Shown here piece by piece: positions 19,101 through 26,491 of a stretch of DNA of 64,000 nt (its first letter is position 1; each line of letters opens with the position of its first letter). Both the position numbers and the translations under genes were made by a program. Source of the stretch: an uncultured bacterium (GTDB taxonomy: Bacteria > Hydrothermota > UBA3073 > NMUJ01 > CBEVQO01); assembly GCA_965552055.1 (NCBI GenBank), contig CBEVQO010000005.1, forward strand, positions 79,597-143,596. The letters run 5' to 3'. Below the pieces are notes generated by a model. It saw only the letters and a program-made list of their open reading frames with translations. It was not told where the DNA came from and ran no database searches.

Positions 19101-19115
19101 GAGGTAAAAAAATAA
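16104..19115 (+). CDS. Surface protein: N-terminal ~200-aa aromatic-rich putative beta-barrel region followed by ~8 tandem CARDB-like Ig-fold repeats
   Basis: Signal peptide. The N-terminal segment is rich in alternating aromatic and Gly residues (GLIGGWGGWLGLGV). Then come repeated ~115-aa units starting P(E/D)hxVEFxDxxxDGxLxxGExGxhxhxhKN, typical of CARDB domains. Confidence 0.6.
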   Translation: MKKYLIVLFVCLNVEALTLKNPFDMPKKGIWYRKPGIKAVDGIGLMVGYPLSSVRIFKYSLGYQLKYLPMLGVGCAFWEGLCYYNYSDSLCSSLFPVYFYLVNGYSPYRDKKAKDWSCRPVLYTYVSFSMWSSLRYHSKRDGAFIRGGLALRWNFGTFSYGLEAGVFKIWSKNGFDTGIKFYFGLIGGWGGWLGLGVKKFYPPKFVPEVVIEDSTGDGVFTPSEKGKIILKVKNEGKGPSLKLKIFPEILTEQFKDAIKIGKFKMVKRIKVGAEHQWEVPLRTEWFLPEGECEIAFKGIDAKFNKMEVRTKIRAQRTPPPELYVEFKDKTGDGILTGEESGEIKVSVQNVARTTLYGIKLICRPDKDLQKYISVKKSVVIGKLSPRRRKEAKFDLRSLHSLPTGEFKLTIVCRDARGRENKEEITIKTQKLPAPDFEVEFADPNNSGYLEAGEEAEILLKFKNKSIGTNKNIVVNLSLKEKKFEKHIEIPEKVKCGDILSGKEKRIPVKIKAGFYLPDGEITIVARGKDDLDNTFEKELKIRTKSVVLPEMIVEFRDENKNSALEPSEKGNIFVVLKNRWALPNRGIKLKLNIKELKFQKEIILQKFINVGTIKPGAVCSTRAFIVAKPTLPEGEFTIKIEGEDFKGNKFSKEITIPTRKILAPELSVSFADASGDGIFDAGEEGVLKLKLKNVSGLKHQDVVMEIKVKEHKFAKDLKFQDKVNMGDLLPDEEKEKEIKIVAKKSLQSGEFTLLIKGEDKLGVKFSEELTIRTKALPPLALTPRLIDERKDGVLEAGEKAEFHLEITNSTPVKLTGIKVYLMPDVKIARYLKFVKSKSVGSMEPGATDSVKLPVRAFYNIREGEFPLTFKIETAEGIKAEGKYLLKTKKAYPPEMYVRFEDESKDGVLSPGEKGEVKISFKNTSFVRFSNVRLTFNIKEIRYRKLVKIQSSRKIKIEPQSEEEIAIPVSTKKKIKEGQFTIAIDYEDEFHHRIKREIKIEVKK

Positions 19116-19131
19116 TTTAACCTGAAAAATT

Positions 19132-19158
19132 GTTGACAAAGAAATAATTTCATTATAA
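19132..19158 (+). promoter_or_regulatory. Sigma70-like promoter element TTGACA-N15-TATAAT ending 6 nt before the ATG of the hydrogenase operon (possible leaderless transcript)
   Basis: TTGACA at 19132-19137 and TATAAT at 19153-19158. The ATG at 19165 has no Shine-Dalgarno sequence. Confidence 0.5.
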
Positions 19159-19164
19159 TAGGCG

Positions 19165-20154
19165 ATGAAGACCCTGTTCTGTTACAAGGATGTTTTTAGA
19201 GAGTTTTTAAAGAAGTTATCCTGCAGATATAAAATTTTTGCTCCTGTTGAAGGCATTTTTGGTACTTCTTTTGAGCAGCTTGATGAAGATAATATTGATA
19301 GGATTCGCTTATTTGATGCTCGTTTGTCACAATCACTTAAATGGTTTTTCTATCCGCCTTTTGAATGTGTAACAGAAGAAGCAAAAGCAGAAGATTTTAT
19401 AGTGATAGGAGCAAAAGCATGCGATATAAAGGCTTTAAAAATACTTGATAATGTGTTTATTGGTGGAGATTATGTTGATGATTTTTATAAATCAAAAAGA
19501 GAAAAGGGTATAATAATTGCTTGTGATTGCACTGAGCCTTTGGAATATTGTTTTTGCATATTGCTGGGTGATAAGCCATATGTTGAAGAGGGTGCTGACC
19601 TATCGATTTCCGAGGTCCCACGGGGATACATAATAGATGTTTTGACGGAAAAAGGAGAGAATTTAATTCGTGGATTGAATTCAAGAGAAGCAGAAAGGAC
19701 AGAAATTGAGCAAAGGGAGGACAATAGAAAAAAAGTTATAGAAAAATTAAAAGAGATAAATAAGAAATTCAAATCCCTTGATAATGTTCGTGATATTATA
19801 AAAGATTTATATGATAGTGAAGTGTGGCGTGAATATAGTGAGAGATGTGTTGAATGTGGTGCATGCACAATGGTATGTCCATCCTGTCATTGTTTCCTTT
19901 TACAGGAGAGTGTTGTCAGGGAATTTGGCAAAAACAGAGTTTGGGATTCATGCCAATATACCGGGTTTGCAAGGGAAGCAGGAGGTGCCAATCCTCGTAA
20001 AGAAGTATTTGAGCGCCTGAGAAACAGGTATTATTGTAAGTTCCAGTATAAGCCCGAGAATTTTGACCTTGTTGCGTGCACTGGCTGTGGTAGATGTGTT
20101 GCGGCGTGTCAGGGTGGGATTGATATGAGAGAGGTTTTGAGCAAGATGCTATGA
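19165..20154 (+). CDS. Sulfhydrogenase beta-subunit (HydB/AsrA)-like iron-sulfur protein
   Basis: CVECGACTMVCPSCHCF and CTGCGRCVAACQ motifs. 329 aa. ATGA coupling to the downstream gene. Confidence 0.75.
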   Translation: MKTLFCYKDVFREFLKKLSCRYKIFAPVEGIFGTSFEQLDEDNIDRIRLFDARLSQSLKWFFYPPFECVTEEAKAEDFIVIGAKACDIKALKILDNVFIGGDYVDDFYKSKREKGIIIACDCTEPLEYCFCILLGDKPYVEEGADLSISEVPRGYIIDVLTEKGENLIRGLNSREAERTEIEQREDNRKKVIEKLKEINKKFKSLDNVRDIIKDLYDSEVWREYSERCVECGACTMVCPSCHCFLLQESVVREFGKNRVWDSCQYTGFAREAGGANPRKEVFERLRNRYYCKFQYKPENFDLVACTGCGRCVAACQGGIDMREVLSKML

Positions 20155-21020
20155 GCATTTATAAGCCAATAAGAGCAAGGGTAGAGAAAATAGTTGATGA
20201 GACACCAAACATTAAAACATTTACACTTGTGCCAGAAAAGGAGATATCTTTTAAAACCGGTCAATTTATAGCACTTACTGTGCCAAAAGTAGGAGAAGCT
20301 CCTTTTACCCCTTCATCTTCACCTTATCAGAAAGATAAATTTGATGTTACGATAATGAAAATCAATTATAGAACAAGAGAAGGATTTGAGTATAAAGGTT
20401 ATGTTACTAATGCGATTCACAATTTGAAAGAAGGAGATGTTGTTGGAGTGAGGGGTCCTTATGGTCGTGGTTATCCTGTTGATAAGATGTATGGTAAAGA
20501 GATTTTGATAGTAGGTGGTGGTGTTGGCATGGCACCTTTGAGGTCTTTTCTTTTGACAGTTTTGCATGATATTGATAAATTTAAGAGGGTTATTTTATGT
20601 TACGGAGCAAGGACTCCCAAAGATATAGTTTATAAGAAGCAATTTGAAGAAGAATGGATGAAAAACGAAAGGTTAGAGGTTTACAGAAGTGTTGACAAAG
20701 CAGATGAAACTTGGCGAGAAGTTGAAGGAGTAGTTACTGTTTTACTTGATCAGTTTAAACCCGGTGATAAAAAAGCAATAAATCCGGATGAGTGTATATC
20801 TGTGGTTTGTGGTCCACCTATAATGATGAAATTTACGGTTAAAAAGCTGGTTGAAGATTTGAAGTTAAAGCCTGAAAATATTTATTTGTCTATGGAAAAG
20901 AATATGTCATGTGGCTTGGGTAAATGCGGTCACTGTCAGATAGGCAAATATTATGCATGTAAAGATGGTCCGGTATTTGCATATTCAGAAATAATGGATA
21001 TACCGGGGATATGGGAATGA
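20151..21020 (+). CDS. Sulfhydrogenase gamma-subunit (HydG/AsrB/PyrK)-like FAD/NAD(P)-binding oxidoreductase with C-terminal [2Fe-2S]
   Basis: FNR-like fold (ILIVGGGVGMAPLRSF, GPP motif) and a C-terminal CGLGKCGHCQIGKYYACKDGPVF cluster motif. Confidence 0.8.
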   Translation: MSIYKPIRARVEKIVDETPNIKTFTLVPEKEISFKTGQFIALTVPKVGEAPFTPSSSPYQKDKFDVTIMKINYRTREGFEYKGYVTNAIHNLKEGDVVGVRGPYGRGYPVDKMYGKEILIVGGGVGMAPLRSFLLTVLHDIDKFKRVILCYGARTPKDIVYKKQFEEEWMKNERLEVYRSVDKADETWREVEGVVTVLLDQFKPGDKKAINPDECISVVCGPPIMMKFTVKKLVEDLKLKPENIYLSMEKNMSCGLGKCGHCQIGKYYACKDGPVFAYSEIMDIPGIWE

Positions 21021-21424
21021 AATCAAAAATTGTAGAGAAGGTTCGTTTTACAAATTTTGTTGATAAAGAAAAGGTAGTGGAAGCCGATGCTTTAATTGAT
21101 ACAGGTGCTACTATTTGTGCTTTACCGAAAGATATGGTTGAGAAATTGGGCTTACAGAGATTGAGGAAAGCAAAAGTCCGCCATGCTGATAATAGAGTAG
21201 CGGAAAAAGATGTTTACGGTGTTGTAACTATAAGGATTCTCAACAGAGAAGGTGAGTTTAATGTTGTATGTGAGGAAGAGGGTACCCAGCCCTTGATTGG
21301 CTTAACGGTTTTGGAGCAATTAGATTTAATGATTGACCCATCGAGGAAATGTGTGATACCCAACCCAAGGTCAGGTGATTTACCTGTAGTTGATTTAATA
21401 AGCCATGAAGCGAATATTTATTGA
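21017..21424 (+). CDS. Retropepsin-like (clan AA) small aspartic protease, paralog 1
   Basis: ALIDTGATICALP carries the D-T-G-A catalytic motif. ~135 aa. The distal IGLTVLEQLDLMIDP region is retropepsin-like. ATGA overlap with the hydG-like stop when started at the 21017 ATG (the ORF-track start is 21011). Confidence 0.6.
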   Translation: MKSKIVEKVRFTNFVDKEKVVEADALIDTGATICALPKDMVEKLGLQRLRKAKVRHADNRVAEKDVYGVVTIRILNREGEFNVVCEEEGTQPLIGLTVLEQLDLMIDPSRKCVIPNPRSGDLPVVDLISHEANIY

Positions 21425-21863
21425 TCTGGAGAAGTGTTATAAATGCGAGAAGTGTGTAGCCAGGTGCAACTATCCGTATCATCCGGATAATAATGGGGTG
21501 CTGAAACTGATAGAAATGGGTGTGAGGGAAACCGTTTGCAGAAAATGTGAAGATGCTCCCTGTATAAATGCATGTCCAAACGAAGCTCTTGAAAGATTAG
21601 AAGATGGAAGAGTTAAAAGGTATAATATGAGGTGTACTGGATGTGGCACATGTGTTGTTGCATGTCCTTTTGGTGTTATTTTCCATGAAATAATAACCTA
21701 TTATGATTCGCAATGTGATTTCTGTGAAGGAAGGGAACCTTTATGTGTGAAGACATGTCCTCATGGTGCGATAAAATATGAAGAGGTTGAAGAAGAGCCC
21801 GAAAAAAGGGTTTATGTTATTGGAGATAAATTTGCTGTTCATGCAATGGGGTGGGAGAGATGA
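21405..21863 (+). CDS. HycB/HydN-like 4Fe-4S ferredoxin (electron-transfer subunit)
   Basis: Four Cys clusters (CYKCEKCVARC, CRKCEDAPCINACP, CTGCGTCVVACP, CDFCEG..CVKTCP). Confidence 0.8.
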   Translation: MKRIFIDLEKCYKCEKCVARCNYPYHPDNNGVLKLIEMGVRETVCRKCEDAPCINACPNEALERLEDGRVKRYNMRCTGCGTCVVACPFGVIFHEIITYYDSQCDFCEGREPLCVKTCPHGAIKYEEVEEEPEKRVYVIGDKFAVHAMGWER

Positions 21864-22780
21864 AGTGGCTATTTGATTTTGTGGTATTTCCTGGCTTTGT
21901 ATTTACTGCGGTAATTGGGTGTATAGTCAAGTGGTTTGACAGGAAGCTTACTGCGAGGATACAGTGGCGGGTTGGTCCACCTTTTTTACAGCAGTTTTAT
22001 GACTTTATAAAACTTACTGCGAAGGAAACGATAATACCAAAAGGTGCAGGTGCTACATTTGTATTGCCTCCGATTATAAGTGTAGTAGCAGTTACTATTG
22101 TGTCAACATTGATATGGAAAGCGATATTAAATCCCGAGCAGACATTTGTTGGTGACCTTATCGTTGTGATTTATTTCCTTATGGTTCCTAATATTTGTGC
22201 GATAATAGGGGGTGCTGCTTCTCGCAATCCTTTGGCTTCTTTGGGTGTAAGCAGGGAGTTGAAGCTGTTACTTGCTGACGAGTTGCCCTTTATTCTTGCT
22301 GCATTTGTACCTGTTATAAAGGCACATACAATTAGACTTGGAGAGTTACTTACATGGCAATGGAATAATGAATTGTTTATTGCTTCTGCATCAGGTATTA
22401 TTGCATTTCTCGTAATTTTAGCGTGTATGCAGGCGAAACTTGCTTATCAGCCATTTGACATTCCTGAGGCAGAGACAGAGATAATAGCAGGTCCTTATAC
22501 TGAGTATTCTGGTGTGCTTCTGGGTCTTTTCCTTTTATCTCGCTGGATGCTGTTATTTGCACTACCCATGTTTGTAGTTGTTATGTTCCTTGGTGGCATT
22601 AAATTTTCTGGCTGGCATACTCTCTGGGGTATTTTGAAGTATATAGGATTGCTGATTTTGATAATAGTGGTTAAGAATACGAATCCGAGGATAAGGATAG
22701 ATCAGGCTCTTAAATTTTTCTGGTGGGGTGTTACACCTCTTGCTATTTTGTCTGTTGTTCTTGCACTATTTGGTTTGTAA
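21860..22780 (+). CDS. NuoH/MbhM/HycD-like membrane subunit of the group-4 hydrogenase
   Basis: RKLTARIQWRVGPP signature of NuoH-family subunits and ~8 TM helices. Start chosen at the ATG that overlaps the upstream stop as ATGA. The ORF track uses the GTG at 21851. Confidence 0.85.
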   Translation: MKWLFDFVVFPGFVFTAVIGCIVKWFDRKLTARIQWRVGPPFLQQFYDFIKLTAKETIIPKGAGATFVLPPIISVVAVTIVSTLIWKAILNPEQTFVGDLIVVIYFLMVPNICAIIGGAASRNPLASLGVSRELKLLLADELPFILAAFVPVIKAHTIRLGELLTWQWNNELFIASASGIIAFLVILACMQAKLAYQPFDIPEAETEIIAGPYTEYSGVLLGLFLLSRWMLLFALPMFVVVMFLGGIKFSGWHTLWGILKYIGLLILIIVVKNTNPRIRIDQALKFFWWGVTPLAILSVVLALFGL

Positions 22781-22887
22781 TGCGAGCGTTAGCGAGCTCA
22801 TTTCATATGGGTTTTTTGTCGCACCCGAGCGAAGCGAGGGTTGCGCAAATGGGAAGGTGGGGACTGGGAGGCGGGGCTAAAAATATC
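22781..22887 (-). repeat. GC-rich intergenic repeat, compact inverted copy (R1) of the family also found at 33947 and 45537
   Basis: The reverse complement contains TTAGCCCCGCCTCCCAGTCCCCACC, a CGCAACCCTCGC core, and GCTCGCTAACGCTCGCA. These match the head, core and tail motifs of R2 and R3. Confidence 0.7.
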
Positions 22888-22914
22888 TTGACAAAGTTAT
22901 ATTTTGATTATAAG
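22888..22914 (+). promoter_or_regulatory. Internal promoter-like element TTGACA-N15-TATAAG upstream of the NuoB-like gene
   Basis: Same architecture as the other promoters in the window. It lies between repeat R1 and the ATG at 22922. Confidence 0.45.
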
Positions 22915-22921
22915 AAGAGCC

Positions 22922-23338
22922 ATGGGTATTAAGATTGGTGCTTTAAAGAGGTCTATATGGCTTTTTCATTTTAATTCGGGTTCATGCAATAACTGTGATA
23001 TTGAGATTGTTGACTGTTTAACTCCTCGGTATGACATTGAGAGATTTGGCTTGAAACTTGTAGGTAGCATTCGTCATGCTGATGTTCTTGTAGTAACGGG
23101 TTTTGTCAGCCGTCAGAGTGCTATTCGTTTAAAGAGGTTGTGGGAGATGATGCCAGAGCCTAAGTTTGTTGTAGCAGTTGGTACCTGTGCGTGTTCTGGT
23201 GGTATTTTTGCAGAATCCTATCATATGGCGGGTCCTGTTGATAAGATAATACCTGTTCATGCTTATATACCAGGTTGTCCGCCCAAGCCGGAAGCTATAA
23301 TTTCTGGTATTGTGAAATTGTTGAACACTTTAAAATGA
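22922..23338 (+). CDS. NuoB/MbhJ-like [NiFe]-hydrogenase small subunit (group 4)
   Basis: CNNCDIEI, GTCACSGG and IPGCPP cysteine motifs for the proximal 4Fe-4S cluster. Start set at the ATG (MGIKIG) downstream of the promoter element. The ORF-track start at 22904 lies inside the promoter. Confidence 0.85.
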   Translation: MGIKIGALKRSIWLFHFNSGSCNNCDIEIVDCLTPRYDIERFGLKLVGSIRHADVLVVTGFVSRQSAIRLKRLWEMMPEPKFVVAVGTCACSGGIFAESYHMAGPVDKIIPVHAYIPGCPPKPEAIISGIVKLLNTLK

Positions 23339-23712
23339 GTGAAATCAAAGTTATGGAGGATTTACTGAAAGAGGCAAAGAAATATATTGAAGAGGGTAAT
23401 GTTGTTCAGGCGAGCGAGAAGATTTATAAGGTGATAGAGGAAGGCATTAAGTTTTTATCGAGCAGGGATGGAGTTCCTGAATATTCTGTTGCGCAGAAGG
23501 AAGGCAGGTGGTGGACGCATTTACTTGGTAAGGCAGCTGTTCGACTTTCTAAAAAATATAATGAACAGATGATAAATGATTGCTGGGCAAATGCCTATGA
23601 CCTTCATGTATGGGGTTATCACGAAAGGAAATATGATATGGATACGGTTAAACCTAAATTGAGATATGCAGAGTGGATGCTTGAATTTGTAAAGAAGGTG
23701 TCAAATGAGTGA
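23335..23712 (+). CDS. Small helical protein, family X copy A (tentatively PaREP1/HEPN-like)
   Basis: ~125 aa. EAKKYIEEGNVVQASEKIYKVIEEGIKFL...LHVWGYHER motifs. The start overlaps the NuoB-like stop as ATGA. The longer ORF-track start at 23275 is rejected. Confidence 0.55.
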   Translation: MSEIKVMEDLLKEAKKYIEEGNVVQASEKIYKVIEEGIKFLSSRDGVPEYSVAQKEGRWWTHLLGKAAVRLSKKYNEQMINDCWANAYDLHVWGYHERKYDMDTVKPKLRYAEWMLEFVKKVSNE

Positions 23713-24085
23713 GGAGATAAAAGTTATGGAAGAGTTGCTGAAGGAGGCAAAGAAATATATTGAAGAGGGTAATGTTGTTCAGGCGAGCGAGAAGATTTAT
23801 AAGGTGATAGAGGAAGGCATTAAGTTTTTATCGAGCAGGGATGGAGTTCCTGAATATTCTGTTGCGCAGAAGGAAGGCAGGTGGTGGACGCATTTACTTG
23901 GTAAGGCAGCTGTTCGACTTTCTAAAAAATATAATGAACAGATGATAAATGATTGCTGGGCAAATGCCTATGACCTTCATGTATGGGGTTATCACGAAAG
24001 GAAATATGATATGGATACGGTTAAACCTAAATTGAGATATGCAGAGTGGATGCTTGAATTTGTAAAGAAGGTGTCAAATGAGTGA
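23705..24085 (+). CDS. Small helical protein, family X copy B (identical to copy A at nucleotide level except the first ~25 nt)
   Basis: Tandem duplicate with an 8-nt ATGAGTGA start/stop overlap. Confidence 0.55.
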   Translation: MSEEIKVMEELLKEAKKYIEEGNVVQASEKIYKVIEEGIKFLSSRDGVPEYSVAQKEGRWWTHLLGKAAVRLSKKYNEQMINDCWANAYDLHVWGYHERKYDMDTVKPKLRYAEWMLEFVKKVSNE

Positions 24086-24458
24086 GGAGATAAAAGTTAT
24101 GGAAGAGTTGCTGAAGGAGGCAAAGAAATATATTGAAGAGGGTAATGTTGTTCAGGCGAGTGAGAAGATTTATAAGGTGATAGAAGAAGGCATTAAGTTT
24201 TTATCGAGCAAGGATGGGATACCAGAGTATTCTGTTGCGCAGAGAGAAGGCAGATGGTGGATGCATTTGCTTAGTAAGGCATCTCGTCGTCTTTCTAAAA
24301 AATATAATGAAGATGAAATTTATCATGTGTGGAGTGTTGCGTATGATTTGCATGTATGGGGCTATCATGAAAGGAAACTTGATATAGAAGATGTTAAGCC
24401 AAATATTAAATATGCGGAGTGGATGCTTGAATTTGTGAAGAAGGTGTCAAATGAGTAA
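24078..24458 (+). CDS. Small helical protein, family X copy C (~80% identical to A and B)
   Basis: Third tandem copy, with the same 8-nt overlap into the NuoC-like gene. Confidence 0.55.
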   Translation: MSEEIKVMEELLKEAKKYIEEGNVVQASEKIYKVIEEGIKFLSSKDGIPEYSVAQREGRWWMHLLSKASRRLSKKYNEDEIYHVWSVAYDLHVWGYHERKLDIEDVKPNIKYAEWMLEFVKKVSNE

Positions 24459-24879
24459 GATTGATAAAATAAAAGAAAAGTTTGAGAAAGAGATAAAAAA
24501 GATAAAAAAAGTTGGTGAATTTGAATATTTTATTGATATTGACAGAAGAGATTTGCTTAAAGTGGTTGATTATATTTTTAACGATTTAAAAGGCAGATAC
24601 AATATTTTGTCTGCAACGGATCTGGAAGAGGGTTTTGAGATCCTTTATCATTTTAGTTTTGATGAAGAAGGTAAAAGGGTTACTTTGAGGGTGATGCTGT
24701 CTCATGAAAATCCAGAAGTTGAATCGATAAGTAGTATTGTAAAAGGTGCGCAATGGATAGAGAGGGAGATTATGGATTTACTTCCTATTAAATTTTTGAA
24801 TCATCCTGATCCTCGCAGATTTATCTTATCCGATGATTGGGAAGAGGGGGTATATCCTTTGAGAAGGGAGAAGAGATGA
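24451..24879 (+). CDS. NuoC/MbhK-like hydrogenase subunit
   Basis: EILYHFSF...RVTLRVML and the AQWIEREIMDLLPIKFLNHPDPRRFIL NuoC signature. Confidence 0.8.
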   Translation: MSKIDKIKEKFEKEIKKIKKVGEFEYFIDIDRRDLLKVVDYIFNDLKGRYNILSATDLEEGFEILYHFSFDEEGKRVTLRVMLSHENPEVESISSIVKGAQWIEREIMDLLPIKFLNHPDPRRFILSDDWEEGVYPLRREKR

Positions 24880-26087
24880 AAAGGGTGATACCGATAGGCC
24901 CTTATCATCCATTACAGGAAGAAGCGGAGTTTTTCCAATTATATGTTGAAGGTGAAACGGTAGTTGATGTTGACTGGAAAACAGGTTTTAATCACAGGGG
25001 GATAGAGAAAATTTCACAATCGCTTTCTTATGATCAAGTTGCTTTTCTTGTGGAGAGAGTTTGTGGGATATGTTCCACTTCTCATCCGATTGCCTATTGT
25101 AATGCTGTTGAAGAGATATGTGGTATTGAGATACCTGAGAGAGCAAAGTATATAAGGAGCATAATAGGCGAATTGGAGCGTATACATTCGCATTTATTGT
25201 GGCTGGGGCTCGCAGGTCATTTTATTGGATATGACACACTGTGGATGTGGGCATGGAAATACAGAGAGCCTGTTCTCGACATCATGGAGATGATAACGGG
25301 AAATAGGCAAAATTATGCAATGATGAAGCCAGGGGGCGTTAGGAGAGATATCGATGAAGATAAGATACCTGATATTAAAAAAGTTTTAAATAGTTTGAAA
25401 CCTGTTCTTGAAAAGTTTGCCAAAATTGCAATGGATGATCCTGTTTTGCATGCTCGCACAAAGGGTGTTGGTATATTGACAAAGGAAGAGGCACATAATT
25501 TTGGGGCAGTGGGTCCTACTGCGAGGGCATCTGGCTTAAAAATAGATGTGAGGTGTGATTTTCCTTATGCTGCTTATCCTCTTGTTGAATGGGAAGTTAT
25601 AACAACGGAAAATGGAGATGTTTTTGATAAAATTGTTGTAAGAGTGCTTGAGATGATAGAATCTGTTAAAATAATTGAGCAATGTCTTGATAGGTTGAAA
25701 GAAGCGAAAGGAGAGATTGATGCAAAGATAAAGGAAGTTCCACCTGGTGAAGGTATAGGGACTCATGAAGCTCCAAGGGGTGAGGTTTTTCATTATGTAA
25801 AGTCAGATGGCAGTAATAGACCTGTGAGGCACAAAATAAGGGCACCGAGTTATTGTAATGTTCCGACATTTAAAGTTACATGCGTTGGATATCAGGTTGC
25901 TGATGCGGTTATTGCGCTTGCAGCGGTTGACCCTTGTTACAGCTGTACTGAAAGGATGGAAGCGATAGTTGATGGCAAAAGGATTTTAAAGTGGAGAGAT
26001 TTGATAAGGATGAGCAGGCAGAAGACAGAAAAGATAAAGGCAGAGGTTGGCAGGGATTTTCTTTTGAAAGAAAAACCCGAATTGTGA
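24876..26087 (+). CDS. Group-4 [NiFe]-hydrogenase large subunit (NuoD/HycE/MbhL-like) with intact Ni-Fe ligands
   Basis: N-terminal ERVCGICSTSH (RxCGxC) and C-terminal DPCYSCTER (DPCxxC). After the cleavage-site Arg there is a ~43-aa C-terminal extension. Start at the ATG with a GGGAGAAGAG ribosome-binding site and ATGA overlap with the NuoC-like stop. Confidence 0.9.
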   Translation: MKRVIPIGPYHPLQEEAEFFQLYVEGETVVDVDWKTGFNHRGIEKISQSLSYDQVAFLVERVCGICSTSHPIAYCNAVEEICGIEIPERAKYIRSIIGELERIHSHLLWLGLAGHFIGYDTLWMWAWKYREPVLDIMEMITGNRQNYAMMKPGGVRRDIDEDKIPDIKKVLNSLKPVLEKFAKIAMDDPVLHARTKGVGILTKEEAHNFGAVGPTARASGLKIDVRCDFPYAAYPLVEWEVITTENGDVFDKIVVRVLEMIESVKIIEQCLDRLKEAKGEIDAKIKEVPPGEGIGTHEAPRGEVFHYVKSDGSNRPVRHKIRAPSYCNVPTFKVTCVGYQVADAVIALAAVDPCYSCTERMEAIVDGKRILKWRDLIRMSRQKTEKIKAEVGRDFLLKEKPEL

Positions 26088-26491
26088 TGGATGTAATAAA
26101 AGAAATGGAAGTAAGTTTATATTGTGACGGAAAAAGTAGTAAAAAGATGAGATTATATTTTGATAGTGGCTCACCTTATACTTTTATAAAAAAGTCGAGT
26201 GCAGAAGCGATAGGAGGTATTTTTAAATTACCATCTGAAGAAAGATTCGTTGGACTTGGAGGCGGCGGATTTATAAGTGCGGAAGCACAGCATCTTCATA
26301 TAAAGGTTTCAAATGTATGGTGCGCGCATTTTGTTTATGTGATTGATGATGCTATTTTCAAAGATGAGTATGATATGCTTGTTGGTCATGATTTTATGCA
26401 AAAATATGGTATAAAGGTGGTGCCTCATACAGGTGATATTGAGATAGATGAGGTTAGATTGAAATTATCGCAAACTGTGAGGATGGTATGA
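26087..26491 (+). CDS. Retropepsin-like small aspartic protease, paralog 2 (D-S-G-S variant)
   Basis: YFDSGSPYTFI aligns with the DTGA and DTGS motifs of paralogs 1 and 3. The ATG overlaps the large-subunit TGA by 1 nt (TGATG). Confidence 0.5.
   Translation: MDVIKEMEVSLYCDGKSSKKMRLYFDSGSPYTFIKKSSAEAIGGIFKLPSEERFVGLGGGGFISAEAQHLHIKVSNVWCAHFVYVIDDAIFKDEYDMLVGHDFMQKYGIKVVPHTGDIEIDEVRLKLSQTVRMV

Noticed and set aside
22723-22932. 69-aa ORF spanning the end of the NuoH-like gene, repeat R1 and the promoter element
   Set aside because: It lies entirely in non-coding repeat and promoter sequence. The reading frame is an artefact of GC-rich repeat composition and the hit is low-complexity.
23275-23334. 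Extended N-terminus (MSAQAGSYNFWYCEIVEHFK) for family X copy A
   Set aside because: It overlaps the last 20 codons of the NuoB-like gene in another frame. Copies B and C start at MSEEIK. The ATG at 23335 gives the same ATGA coupling seen throughout the operon.
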